The translations under genes and the position numbers were made by a program. Under the pieces are notes generated by a model. That model ran no database searches, had not been told where the DNA came from, and saw only the letters and a list, made by a program, of their open reading frames with translations. Shown piece after piece: positions 8,800 to 18,304 of a DNA stretch of 64,000 bases. Source of the stretch: Candidatus Omnitrophota bacterium (lineage in GTDB: Bacteria > Omnitrophota > Gorgyraeia > 2-01-FULL-45-10); contig CAIMPC010000068.1 of the NCBI GenBank assembly GCA_903843285.1, positions 1,200-65,199 of the forward strand, read 5' to 3'. How positions within the stretch are numbered: the stretch's first letter is position 1; each line of letters opens with the position of its first letter.

Positions 8800-10191
8800 A
8801 TGCCCCATAATAAGATCCCCTCTACGGGCCGGTATGTCAATTCAGGCTCAGGCCCTACGATTCAACCTATCGACATAGGCCATCCGCACTATGTGGGACT
8901 GGTGGACGCTGATACCGCGTTTTGGTCGCTGGTTAGGCGCGACAGCTTGTCCGACGTTCTGCGCGACAGCGCGCTACTCACATCCTACATGAGAAAGAGG
9001 GAATCTTTCCGAAAAGAGATGCACAGGCTTCGCTTCGGATTAAAGCCCTCCGCCGTATATTTTAATATCACCGAAAGATGCAATCTCAATTGCCGTTATT
9101 GTTATATTCCTGGGGATATGCGCCGTAATGGGAAACACATGTCCGAGGATAAGGTGATAGAGGCCCTCCGGACGCTTAAGCAATATTTTAATAAAACGAT
9201 AGATAGAAAATTAGTGCCTAAGATAATTTTCCATGGGGCCGAACCTCTGCTTAATAAAAAAGCATTGTTCACTGCCATTGAAAAATTTGGGAAAGATTTC
9301 ACATTCGGGGTGCAAACGAACACTGTCCTATTGGATGCCGAAACAGTCGCGTTTTTGAAATCGAAAAAAGTAAGCATCGGTATATCACTCGACGGCCCGA
9401 CGGCCGGAATAGTTAACAAAACCAGGGCGAGCTGGTCCGGGGAAGGCGTCTTCGAACACGTTATGAAGGCGATGGAGCTGTTAAGGAGCTACGATGCATG
9501 GAGCGTGATATGCACCGTCACTACCGAAAATATGCGTTCCCTTCCGGGGTTCGTCAATTTTTTACATAAGAATGAAGTTCCGACATGTCTTTTAAATGTT
9601 GTCAGATGCACGCTTCCCTCCGCCCGCAAAATCAAACCCGATGATGCGGTCGTCGCGCGGCACTTTATCGATGCGCTCGAGACGAGCTATAAGCTTTATA
9701 AAGAAAGCGGACGAAAACTGGTGGTGGGTAATTTTGCGAACATATTGATCAGCATACTTGCTCCGACGGCGCGCAGGCTGATGTGCGATATTTCACCCTG
9801 CGGGGGAGGTAGAAGCTTTTTTGCGCTGGCGCCGAGCGGTGATATATTTCCCTGCAGTGAATTTATCGGATTGAAACATTTCAAAGGCGGCAACATTTTT
9901 AAGGATAGCGTAAAAGATATCTTAAAGAGCGGCCCATTCAAACTGGTAACGGAAAGAAAAGTGGAAGATATTGAACCATGCCGCCGCTGTGCCATTCGGC
10001 ATTTTTGCGGATCGCCCTGTCCCGCCGAAGCATATGAGATGAACGGCGGAATGAATAAGACAGGCTCATTCTGCGGGTTCTATGAAGAGCAGGCCCGATA
10101 TGCTCTGCGTCTCATAGCGGATAATAAACATACTGCTTTTCTGTGGGACGGCTGGGATCGCGGCACCAAAGAGATATTTAACGTCATATAG
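8800..10191 (+). CDS. Radical SAM/SPASM-domain protein with a ~95-aa N-terminal extension
   Basis: The CxxxCxxC motif is CNLNCRYC in YFNITERCNLNCRYCYIP. The C-terminal SPASM Cys cluster reads CRRCAIRHFCGSPCPAEAY...SFCGFY. The N-terminal extension before the rSAM core could be an RRE-like domain. Confidence 0.8.
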   Translation: MPHNKIPSTGRYVNSGSGPTIQPIDIGHPHYVGLVDADTAFWSLVRRDSLSDVLRDSALLTSYMRKRESFRKEMHRLRFGLKPSAVYFNITERCNLNCRYCYIPGDMRRNGKHMSEDKVIEALRTLKQYFNKTIDRKLVPKIIFHGAEPLLNKKALFTAIEKFGKDFTFGVQTNTVLLDAETVAFLKSKKVSIGISLDGPTAGIVNKTRASWSGEGVFEHVMKAMELLRSYDAWSVICTVTTENMRSLPGFVNFLHKNEVPTCLLNVVRCTLPSARKIKPDDAVVARHFIDALETSYKLYKESGRKLVVGNFANILISILAPTARRLMCDISPCGGGRSFFALAPSGDIFPCSEFIGLKHFKGGNIFKDSVKDILKSGPFKLVTERKVEDIEPCRRCAIRHFCGSPCPAEAYEMNGGMNKTGSFCGFYEEQARYALRLIADNKHTAFLWDGWDRGTKEIFNVI

Positions 10192-10314
10192 AGATTTTAA
10201 GTAATTCAAAGTTGTATTCCTGAGCAAAATTCCCCATCCTGTTTCTGAGGGCTTGTTATTATCACGGCCGTGGTGTAAAATCGTGTTAATTGTAAAAAGG
10301 AGGATTATCATACT

Positions 10315-11307
10315 ATGAAGAAGATACTGCAAATTATAATCGCCATAGTTACCATACTATCTTTACCGCAGGCGCACGCCGAGGATAATATGCCTCTAAA
10401 GCTCGCCGCAAAAATTACACTACCCAAAGTACGCGGGCGAATAGACCATATGGCGGTAGACCTGAAGAACGATCGCTTGCTCATAGCCTGCGCAGGCAAT
10501 AATACGCTGGAGGTCGTGGATTTAAGAGCGGGTAAGCATCTTTACAGCGTTGCCGGGTTTAAAAAGCCGCAAGGGGTGGTATGTGTATCGGAATATAATA
10601 AGATCTATGTCACGAACGGCGGAAACGGTGAATGCGATATTCTGGACGGAGATTCTCTAAAATTAATTAACGGCATACCGCTATCCGACAATGCGGATAG
10701 TATTCGTTACGAACCATCGGGTAAATTGATCTATGTGGGATACGGTAAAGGGGCCATCGGTATTATTGACCCTTCGACAGATAAGCTTATCAGCCGCTTC
10801 AGCATCGATGGACACCCGGAATCTTTTCAGGTCGAGAGCTCCGGCAATAGAATATATGTTAATGTGCCGGAGGCAGGCAATATTTCAGTGATCAATAAAG
10901 CAAGAGGAGGGATCGTTGACAGATGGCCTCTGCCGAACTTAAAAGGTAATTTTTCGATGGCGCTGGATGAGGCCGGATACAGGGCATTTGTGGGTTGTGG
11001 CGAGGCGCCAACGCTCGTGGTATTTAATACCAAGGCCGGAGAATATGTGGCTAAAATGAAGATCGACAAAGACGCCGACGATATCTATTATGATCAGGCG
11101 CGTAAACGCATCTATATTTCATGCGGCAGTGGTTTCATAGATTGTTTCAGCAGTGACGGAGCCGACCATTATACCAATATAGCTAAGATAAAGACTCCTG
11201 TCGGTTCACGCACCTCGCTATTTGTGCCGGAACAGAACCGGTTTTATGTCGCAGTCCCGTCCCATGGTAAACAGCCTTCGGAGGTCTGGGTTTACGATGC
11301 CCAGTAA
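10315..11307 (+). CDS. Secreted YVTN/YncE-type beta-propeller repeat protein
   Basis: Signal peptide MKKILQIIIAIVTILSLPQAHA. Repeated blade-like segments follow (YVTNGGNG, IYVGYGKG, RIYVNVPEAGN, RFYVAVPSHG). RBS AAAAGGAGGA. Confidence 0.6.
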   Translation: MKKILQIIIAIVTILSLPQAHAEDNMPLKLAAKITLPKVRGRIDHMAVDLKNDRLLIACAGNNTLEVVDLRAGKHLYSVAGFKKPQGVVCVSEYNKIYVTNGGNGECDILDGDSLKLINGIPLSDNADSIRYEPSGKLIYVGYGKGAIGIIDPSTDKLISRFSIDGHPESFQVESSGNRIYVNVPEAGNISVINKARGGIVDRWPLPNLKGNFSMALDEAGYRAFVGCGEAPTLVVFNTKAGEYVAKMKIDKDADDIYYDQARKRIYISCGSGFIDCFSSDGADHYTNIAKIKTPVGSRTSLFVPEQNRFYVAVPSHGKQPSEVWVYDAQ

Positions 11308-11399
11308 TAACCAAAGCCCCACGGCGGATAAGGCCGTCGCGTTATACACGTCTTAAGACTATCGCATGACTTTCAAATAAGGATGATAGATAACCCAAA

Positions 11400-13037
11400 G
11401 TGCGGACACATCTTTCGAATAAGATAATATCCGACCCATTCAAAACAAATATTTTATCATGGGCCATTGTGTGTTTTGTGATAATATGCGCGAGCCTGAT
11501 AAAGATCCGTTTACTGGGAATGCCGCTTGAGCGCGACGAGGGCGAGTACGCCTACATCGCTCAGCTTTTTTTGCACAAAGCGCCTTTATACATAAATGCC
11601 TATAGCATGAAACTCCCGGGCATATATTTTATATATGCGATTGTCATAAAACTTTTCGGCCATAGCATACAAAGTATACATCTGGGCCTTACCGTAATAA
11701 CCGGCATAACGGGCGTGCTGGTATTTGTATTGGCGAAGCGGCTGTTCAATCCTATAACCGGCGTCGTAGCCGGCATATCTTACATGCTACTCACCATGGG
11801 CAAGTATACGCTGGCCTTTAATATCGAACATGCGGTTATGCTGTTTGTCGTAGGGGGAACCATTCTGCTGATGGAGCCCGCAGGGGGCAGTCGGCGGTTA
11901 TTCATCAGTGGTTTAATGTTCGGTCTCGCATTTATAACAAAACAGCATGCAATATTTTTCATAGCATTCGCATCTGCCTATATAGTATGGGGTCATTTAA
12001 AAGCTCATGCCTCGTCATATGCGCCTTGCGTAAATAGATTGCGCATATTTCTATCCGGGGCGGTATTGCCCTTTATCTTAGTATGCATATTCTTGGCCTG
12101 GCAGGGTGTATTTAATGTTTTTTGGTTCTGGGCCTTCACGTATTCTGCAAAGTACTGCGGCATAATAAAATTTAAAGACGGTATCGAGAATCTTTTCTAC
12201 ACAGCGAATAAGATTATAGGCTGTTCGCCCCTGATATGGCTCGCCGGGGCCTTCGGTATTGTCGTAATGAAATTGGACTCCAGCACCCGGTCGAATATGG
12301 TCATTGTGTCGGGATTTGTTATAGCCTCTATTCTTGCCGTAGTGCCCGGGCTCTATTTTCGCCACCATTATTTTATTTTCATATTTCCTGCCCTGGCCAT
12401 CCTGGCGGGCAGGGCCGTTCATTATGCATGGCAGCGCCTGTCTGCATCGCCCTTATCCGGTGGATACCGAAAGTCGATTATGGCCACCCTATTTATCCTC
12501 CTCTTTGGCATTTCGATATTTCATCAGAGGAAATTCTTATTTAAGATGGATACCGCAGAAGCCGTAAATGATATCTATATAACATCCCCTATAGTCGAGA
12601 CGATGGAGATAGCTAAGTATATCGAAAAACATTCCGATAGCAGTAAGAGCGTCGTGGTGTTTGGCTCGGAGCCCCAGATATTTTATTACTTAAATAGGTT
12701 CTCGCCGATCAGCTACATATATGTGTATCCGCTCATGGAAGAGACTCGGTATGTTTTAAATTTGCAGAAGAATTTTATAAAGCAGGTCGAATCGGCCAAT
12801 GCGGACTATCTGGTATATGTGAATGTAAGCACGTCATGGTTTAACAGATATATAAATAAAGCTATAGCATATCCGCTATTTGAATGGATGCACGCTTATC
12901 AGAAGAGGTATTATGATATAGTGGGCGTTATAGATATGATCTCGCGCAATAACAGTGTCTATGTCTGGGATTCTGAGGTGATCAAATATAGACCGAAGTC
13001 GGATAGTTTTATATACGTACTGAAGCGAAAAGAATAA
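11400..13037 (+). CDS. GT-C fold membrane glycosyltransferase, PMT/ArnT (GT39/GT83)-like
   Basis: Multi-TM protein. A DE motif (ERDEGEYAY) sits in the first periplasmic loop, as in the dolichyl-phosphate-mannose protein mannosyltransferase / ArnT family. Confidence 0.55.
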   Translation: MRTHLSNKIISDPFKTNILSWAIVCFVIICASLIKIRLLGMPLERDEGEYAYIAQLFLHKAPLYINAYSMKLPGIYFIYAIVIKLFGHSIQSIHLGLTVITGITGVLVFVLAKRLFNPITGVVAGISYMLLTMGKYTLAFNIEHAVMLFVVGGTILLMEPAGGSRRLFISGLMFGLAFITKQHAIFFIAFASAYIVWGHLKAHASSYAPCVNRLRIFLSGAVLPFILVCIFLAWQGVFNVFWFWAFTYSAKYCGIIKFKDGIENLFYTANKIIGCSPLIWLAGAFGIVVMKLDSSTRSNMVIVSGFVIASILAVVPGLYFRHHYFIFIFPALAILAGRAVHYAWQRLSASPLSGGYRKSIMATLFILLFGISIFHQRKFLFKMDTAEAVNDIYITSPIVETMEIAKYIEKHSDSSKSVVVFGSEPQIFYYLNRFSPISYIYVYPLMEETRYVLNLQKNFIKQVESANADYLVYVNVSTSWFNRYINKAIAYPLFEWMHAYQKRYYDIVGVIDMISRNNSVYVWDSEVIKYRPKSDSFIYVLKRKE

Positions 13038-13082
13038 CCCGCATGATACATTTTTTCGACATGATGGTATAATAAGAGACTG

Positions 13083-13200
13083 CCTGCGAAATACCCAACT
13101 CCGCGTCATTCTGAACGAAGTGAAGAATCTCGACGGTAAATAGATTCTTCGGTCGGCCGATGACCTCCCTCAGAATGACGGAAGTTGCATTTCGCAACAG
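13083..13200. repeat. Palindromic MITE/REP-like intergenic element, copy A (~118 bp, nested inverted repeats)
   Basis: Inverted pairs are tgcgaaat/atttcgca, cgtcattctga/tcagaatgacg and gaagaatct/agattcttc, around a centre near 13137. It shares the GCGTCATTCTGAGG and GAAGAATCT cores with copies at 25247-25325 and 59218-59310. Confidence 0.6.
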
Positions 13201-13222
13201 TCCCAATAAAACAAGTGATAAA

Positions 13223-14158
13223 ATGAAAACCAAGATAATATTATTTTTAGCTTTCCTAATAGTTTTTGGCATAGGCTCATTTTTTATTTATAAGGGCTAT
13301 AGAGATCATCGCCGGCAGATCGTGATGGATAAGATCCTATCGGAAAAGAAGGAAAAGGCGTGGCTAAGCCTAAGGAAGACATTAGAGGATAGGATAGAGC
13401 ACTTTAATGGCATCGTCTGCGTTGTCATAGAAGATTTAGGTTCCCTCAGGCAGATCCGTTTTAACGAGGACATTCCCATTCCTTCGGCAAGCTTAGTAAA
13501 GGTCCCCATATTGCTCTCATGTTTCTACGCCGCGCAGGATAAAAAGATCCAGCTCGAGGACGTAGTAAATATCAGGCCTTCAGATAGGGTGGCCGGTTCA
13601 AAAGTATTGGGGAACAGATCCGCGGGTTGTAAATTTACGATAAAAGAATTATTCGAGCCCATGATAACAGAGAGCGATAATACTGCGGCAAACGCCCTTA
13701 TAGATTGCTTGGGGTTTGATGTATTGAATTCATATTTTAAAAAGATTGGTTTAAGGAACACCAACATTTTACGAAAGATGATGGATTTTGAAGAAAGAAA
13801 AGAGGGAAGAGAGAACTATACCACCGCCCGGGACATGGCTTATCTCATGAGGAGATTATATTGCAAGGATTTCTTAAATAAAGGCGTATCCACACAATGT
13901 CTGAAATTGCTCGAACAACAGAAGATAAACGATCGCATACCGAAAAGACTGCCCAAAGACGGCATGCGCATCGCCCATAAGACGGGCTTGGAAAAACATA
14001 TCTGCCATGATGTGGGAATTGTATTCAGTCCCAATGGTGATTTTTTAATATGCGTTTTGATCAAACATAAGGATAAGACTGCGGTTAGCGCAAAAAAACT
14101 TATTTCAGATATCGCGCTACTTACGTATAATTATTATAATCTGCATTTTAAAATGTAA
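13223..14158 (+). CDS. Class A beta-lactamase-related serine hydrolase, membrane-anchored or secreted
   Basis: SxxK is in PSASLVKVPIL, SDN in ESDNTAANAL and KTG in HKTG. The track ORF starts at 13160 inside the hairpin repeat; the ATG for MKTKIILFLAF at about 13223 follows the repeat. Confidence 0.55.
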   Translation: MKTKIILFLAFLIVFGIGSFFIYKGYRDHRRQIVMDKILSEKKEKAWLSLRKTLEDRIEHFNGIVCVVIEDLGSLRQIRFNEDIPIPSASLVKVPILLSCFYAAQDKKIQLEDVVNIRPSDRVAGSKVLGNRSAGCKFTIKELFEPMITESDNTAANALIDCLGFDVLNSYFKKIGLRNTNILRKMMDFEERKEGRENYTTARDMAYLMRRLYCKDFLNKGVSTQCLKLLEQQKINDRIPKRLPKDGMRIAHKTGLEKHICHDVGIVFSPNGDFLICVLIKHKDKTAVSAKKLISDIALLTYNYYNLHFKM

Positions 14159-14176
14159 ATAAAGATCCGGAGGTTT

Positions 14177-15601
14177 ATGGACGATTATACGATCATGGAC
14201 AGCGCCCGACAGAAATGGCTGATAGCCCTGGCCTCGATAACGGTCTTCATGTTCAGCATAGACTATAGCCTGGTCAATATTTCATTGCCCTCGATCGCGA
14301 AATATTTTACAGCCACGATAGCGCATGTCTCGATGGTGCCGCTGGCGTATCTGCTGGTGGTGACCAGCACCGTACTTTTGTTCGGGAAGCTCGGAGATAT
14401 AATAGGATATAAGAAGATATTTGTAACGGGACTCGTAATTTTTGTCACAGGAACTTTCTTCTGCAGTATCGCGCCTACGTTGAACATCCTCTTAGGTCTA
14501 AGGGTTTATCAGTGCATCGGGGAAGCGATGTTCAGCCCTATGGCGATCGCGCTGGTTATGGTTTTATTGCCGCCGTCGATCCGCGGCAGGGCCCTTGGCC
14601 TAATGGCGACGGCTCAGGGGGCGGGTTTTTGTCTCGGTTCGCTATTAGGCGGGGGCATTAATAATTATCTGGGATGGCGGGGGATATTTTATATAAATAT
14701 TCCGATAGGCATATGCATGATAGTCCTGGCCGTTAAGATGATCCCGTCGAAACAGCGGCAAGCCGCGGATAGCCGTATAGATTTTATAGGCGCGATCCTG
14801 GCGTTTATATCGCTCTCCGCTTTCATCTACGCCATCAATTCGATCTCAAGTCTGGGGTTGAGAAACCAATCTGTAATTTTGTGTTTTTTAATATCCGCCA
14901 TTACACTGTTTTTATTTGTATTACAGGAGATCCGTACGCCGAATCCGATACTCCACATGCCGCTATTCTTAAACCGCGATTTTACGTTTGCCACCGCTTC
15001 GGCATTTTGCGTCGTCTTTGTGTATATGGGGTTGATATTTTTACTGCCCTTTTATTTAAATATGGTCCGGGGTATAAACATGATGTCGGCCGGACTTCTG
15101 CTTATGATACCGGCATTGATGGTTATAATCTTTGCGCCCATAGCAGGGATTTTATCGGACAGGTTCGGCTCCAGGGTAATATGCACCATAGCTATAGCCA
15201 TGACAACGATCGCGTTCTTTATTCTATCAAGGCTTGCCGCCGGCTCACCCATACATAGCATCATGCCTTCGCTGGTGCTATCCGGCATAGCAATAGGATC
15301 TTTCTTGCCGGCGAATAACAAATTAGTTATGATACAAGCTCCATCGGATAAGCAGGGTATGGCCTCGGCCGTCTATAAGATAATCAACTCCACGGGCGGC
15401 GTCTTCGGATTAGCCGTACTGCCATTGGTTCTGATAAAGAAGGTGTATGCTCAGGCCGAGTCGATGCATATAAATATGGCCTCGGCTAAAAACAGTCCGG
15501 AAATTTTGGCGGCAGGATTTGACGCGGCTTTTAAATTTGGCATGTTGGTTTGCTTAGCCGGATTGATCTTCGCCGCCCTGGCACGGGATAAGAAGCCGTA
15601 G
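14177..15601 (+). CDS. MFS transporter (DHA2-like, about 14 TM)
   Basis: Hydropathy fits an MFS transporter. Motif A-like sequence GKLGDIIGYKKIF lies between TM2 and TM3. Length is 474 aa. Confidence 0.75.
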   Translation: MDDYTIMDSARQKWLIALASITVFMFSIDYSLVNISLPSIAKYFTATIAHVSMVPLAYLLVVTSTVLLFGKLGDIIGYKKIFVTGLVIFVTGTFFCSIAPTLNILLGLRVYQCIGEAMFSPMAIALVMVLLPPSIRGRALGLMATAQGAGFCLGSLLGGGINNYLGWRGIFYINIPIGICMIVLAVKMIPSKQRQAADSRIDFIGAILAFISLSAFIYAINSISSLGLRNQSVILCFLISAITLFLFVLQEIRTPNPILHMPLFLNRDFTFATASAFCVVFVYMGLIFLLPFYLNMVRGINMMSAGLLLMIPALMVIIFAPIAGILSDRFGSRVICTIAIAMTTIAFFILSRLAAGSPIHSIMPSLVLSGIAIGSFLPANNKLVMIQAPSDKQGMASAVYKIINSTGGVFGLAVLPLVLIKKVYAQAESMHINMASAKNSPEILAAGFDAAFKFGMLVCLAGLIFAALARDKKP

Positions 15602-15629
15602 TATAATGATTAAACGATAGGATGGCGGA

Positions 15630-16472
15630 ATGAAGATCAATATCGCGAAAAGCGCAGGTTTCTGTTTCGGTGTAAGGCGCGCCATACAGATCGCCATGAA
15701 AGCCGCCCGGAGCGGACGTGAAGTCTATATGCTCGGTGATATCGTCCATAACGAGGTGGTCGTCGGTAAGCTGAAAGATTCAGGCGTGAAGAAAATTAAA
15801 TCCCTCGGCCCGGGCCGGGGCAGAACCCTCCTTATACGCGCGCATGGCGCACAGGCCGGCACCATATCCGGCGCCCGAAGCGCGGGATATAATATCATCG
15901 ACGCCACGTGCCCGATGGTCAAAGAGATACACGCGATCGCGAAGAAACTGGAAGATGAGGGCAGGATGGTCATAATAATAGGTGATAAGGAGCACGACGA
16001 GGTGCGTGGTATCGTCGGGCAGTTAAATAAAAAGCCGATCATCATCAGTTCTCTCGCAGATGTAAAACTCAAAAGGCTCCACCGCATCAAGGGCGTCGGT
16101 ATAGTAGTTCAGTCGACGCAGGAAGAGTCGAAGGTGATGGAAATAGTGGCGCGCATTAAAAAATATATCGGTGACGTTGCCTTTAAAAATACCATATGCG
16201 ATCCAACGAAATTGAAACAGAGTCAGGCGAAGACACTACCCGCCGAGAATGACGTAGTGGTGGTGGTCGGATCGAGATCCAGCGCAAATACAAAACGTCT
16301 CTATCAGATATCCCGCCGACTTAACAGAAGGACGTATTGGGTGAACTCGCCGGGCGAGATCAGGCCTTCATGGTTTAAAGAGGCAGGGTCGGTAGGCATT
16401 ACAGCGGGGGCATCTACCCCCGAGAGCTCCATAAAGAAAGTCGCGGAGGGCATAAAAAATCTATGCGCATAG
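15630..16472 (+). CDS. ispH: 4-hydroxy-3-methylbut-2-enyl diphosphate reductase IspH/LytB
   Basis: The N-terminus MKINIAKSAGFCFGVRRAIQIA carries the conserved Cys. It is 280 aa with two further Cys-containing segments typical of IspH. Confidence 0.85.
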   Translation: MKINIAKSAGFCFGVRRAIQIAMKAARSGREVYMLGDIVHNEVVVGKLKDSGVKKIKSLGPGRGRTLLIRAHGAQAGTISGARSAGYNIIDATCPMVKEIHAIAKKLEDEGRMVIIIGDKEHDEVRGIVGQLNKKPIIISSLADVKLKRLHRIKGVGIVVQSTQEESKVMEIVARIKKYIGDVAFKNTICDPTKLKQSQAKTLPAENDVVVVVGSRSSANTKRLYQISRRLNRRTYWVNSPGEIRPSWFKEAGSVGITAGASTPESSIKKVAEGIKNLCA

Positions 16473-16951
16473 TAAAAATATATATCATAGCTATTCTGGT
16501 GATGCTATCGACATGCGGCATAGCAATGTGCGGCATGGATGAAGACCGCGCAAAAATAAAGACGCCTGAGGATATTGCCAAACTGCTTTCAAAAGAATAT
16601 TCCTACGAATGGCGGATAGCATCTAAATGGCATACTGCCGAGGAGACCTTAGAGTCGAAGCGGGGAAGTTGTAAAGATCTTGCCACGCTGAGCCAGTCGC
16701 TATTGGCCGATATAGGTATACGTTCCGACATAATAGTGATCAGGTTTAAAGGGCTGAAAATATCACACGCTGTATGTACCTGGATGGATGAAGGGGGATA
16801 CAGTTTTATGACGAATAGAGGATACGTGAAGACCGGAGCGCAATCTCTGGAGGGCGCGTTAGACGCATACTATCCGGACTGGAAAGAGATAGTTTTCACT
16901 ACACCCGATGGTAAATACGGAGAGGTTATCAAATCGGATGACAATAGGTAG
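16463..16951 (+). CDS. Secreted transglutaminase-like (Cys-His-Asp) small protein, paralog 1
   Basis: Signal peptide. The Cys motif is KRGSCKDLATLSQSLLADIGIRSD and the His motif is KISHAVCTW. It is about 60% identical to the adjacent paralog. Confidence 0.45.
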   Translation: MRIVKIYIIAILVMLSTCGIAMCGMDEDRAKIKTPEDIAKLLSKEYSYEWRIASKWHTAEETLESKRGSCKDLATLSQSLLADIGIRSDIIVIRFKGLKISHAVCTWMDEGGYSFMTNRGYVKTGAQSLEGALDAYYPDWKEIVFTTPDGKYGEVIKSDDNR

Positions 16952-17446
16952 GTGATAATGCGCATAACAAAGATTCTTATCGCGGCGATCTCGATAATTC
17001 TCTTGTCATATCATATGGGCTATTCTGATGTCGAGAAGGATCGATCGGATATACAGTCACCGAATGACGTCGCCAAGTGGCTGTCAAAAGAGTTCACTTA
17101 CGAATGGCAGATACCTACGCCATGGCAGAGCGCGCAGGAGACCATGAATTTAAAACGGGGCAGCTGCATGGATTTTGCCATTCTCAGCCAGTCTCTTTTA
17201 TCAAGGATGGGTGTTCACTGCGACATAGTTATAATAAAATTTAAGAATTTAAAAATTGCACACGCCGTATGCGCCTGGAAAGACAAAAAAGGTTACAGTT
17301 TTATGACGAACAAGGAATATGTGCAGACCAGGGCACACTCCTTAAGGGATGCCGTAAATAAATACTATCCTGACTGGAAAGAGATAGTTTTCACAACTCC
17401 CGACAAACGGCAGGGCGAAATAATAAGATCGGATGATAACGGATGA
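16952..17446 (+). CDS. Secreted transglutaminase-like small protein, paralog 2 (tandem duplicate)
   Basis: It has KRGSCMDFAILSQSLLSRMGVHCD, KIAHAVCAW and a shared C-terminal YYPDWKEIVFTTPD. Confidence 0.45.
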   Translation: MIMRITKILIAAISIILLSYHMGYSDVEKDRSDIQSPNDVAKWLSKEFTYEWQIPTPWQSAQETMNLKRGSCMDFAILSQSLLSRMGVHCDIVIIKFKNLKIAHAVCAWKDKKGYSFMTNKEYVQTRAHSLRDAVNKYYPDWKEIVFTTPDKRQGEIIRSDDNG

Positions 17447-18243
17447 AAGTGATAAACCGGAACTTTGGGGCCATAGCCGGCTTAATCATTATTACGATGT
17501 TGACTATAATAGTCATGTCCGAACGCGTTTATTGCTACGCAGATGATAGCGACGAGTTAATTTCATATTTTGAAAGAGCGTCCGAAATAGTGAATGCAGA
17601 TGCTTCAACTTACATGAATCGCGGCCATGCTTATTCCCATGAAGGCGATTTTGATAGTGCCATTTCCGATTTTAGCCGGGCCATAAAAATAGATCCCACG
17701 AATGTCACCGCCTACAATACGCGCGCTTTTGCATATGCATCCAAAGGCGATACCGAAGGGGCCATCATTGACTTTACGAAAACCATAAAAATAGATCCCA
17801 CGAATGTCACCGCCTACAATACGCGCGCTTTCGCGTATGCCTCTAAGGGCGATTTTGAAACTGCCATCATAGATTTTACCAAAGCGATAGAAATAAGTCC
17901 CGATGACGTAAGCTATAATAATAGAGGAAACGCCTATGCAGGCATCTCCGATCCGGACAAGGCTGCGATAGATTTTACCAAAGCGATAAAAATTAATCCG
18001 AGTAATGTGTCGGCATATAACAACCGCGGTAATGTGTATGCAGGTAAAGGCGATCTCGACAGGGCTATCGCGGACTTCGATACTGCGATAAGGATAGACA
18101 CTTATAATGCATCGGCTTATGCTAACAGGGCAATGGCTTATTTTCTTAAAGGAGAATACGTTAAGAGCAGGGAGGATGTGCGTAAAGCGCAATTTTTAGG
18201 TTATAAGTTTAACGCCGAGTTTCTAAGGAGACTCGAAAAGTAG
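17443..18243 (+). CDS. TPR-repeat protein, membrane-anchored
   Basis: It has about seven 34-aa TPR units (AYNTRAFAYASKGD..., AYNNRGNVYAGKGD...). Two adjacent units are nearly identical at DNA level, reflecting a 102-bp tandem duplication at 17683-17886. Confidence 0.8.
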   Translation: MKVINRNFGAIAGLIIITMLTIIVMSERVYCYADDSDELISYFERASEIVNADASTYMNRGHAYSHEGDFDSAISDFSRAIKIDPTNVTAYNTRAFAYASKGDTEGAIIDFTKTIKIDPTNVTAYNTRAFAYASKGDFETAIIDFTKAIEISPDDVSYNNRGNAYAGISDPDKAAIDFTKAIKINPSNVSAYNNRGNVYAGKGDLDRAIADFDTAIRIDTYNASAYANRAMAYFLKGEYVKSREDVRKAQFLGYKFNAEFLRRLEK

Positions 18244-18304
18244 CGTATTTATTCTGTATAATTTTTTTGGCGCAGTAGGCTAATTACAGCGGAGGATATA
18301 AAAA

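Noticed and set aside
13160-13222. First 21 codons of the longest ORF for the beta-lactamase-like gene (MTSLRMTEVAFRNSPNKTSDK)
   Set aside because: This segment is the right half of the palindromic repeat element. A signal-peptide-like N-terminus begins at the next Met (MKTKIILFLAF).
17683-17886. 102-bp tandem duplication considered as a possible CRISPR or VNTR
   Set aside because: It has only two units, it lies in frame within a TPR coding sequence, and the unit length equals one 34-aa TPR.
17605-18192. 195-aa antisense ORF across the TPR gene
   Set aside because: It is the reverse complement of repetitive TPR codons, and the sense frame has clear TPR periodicity.
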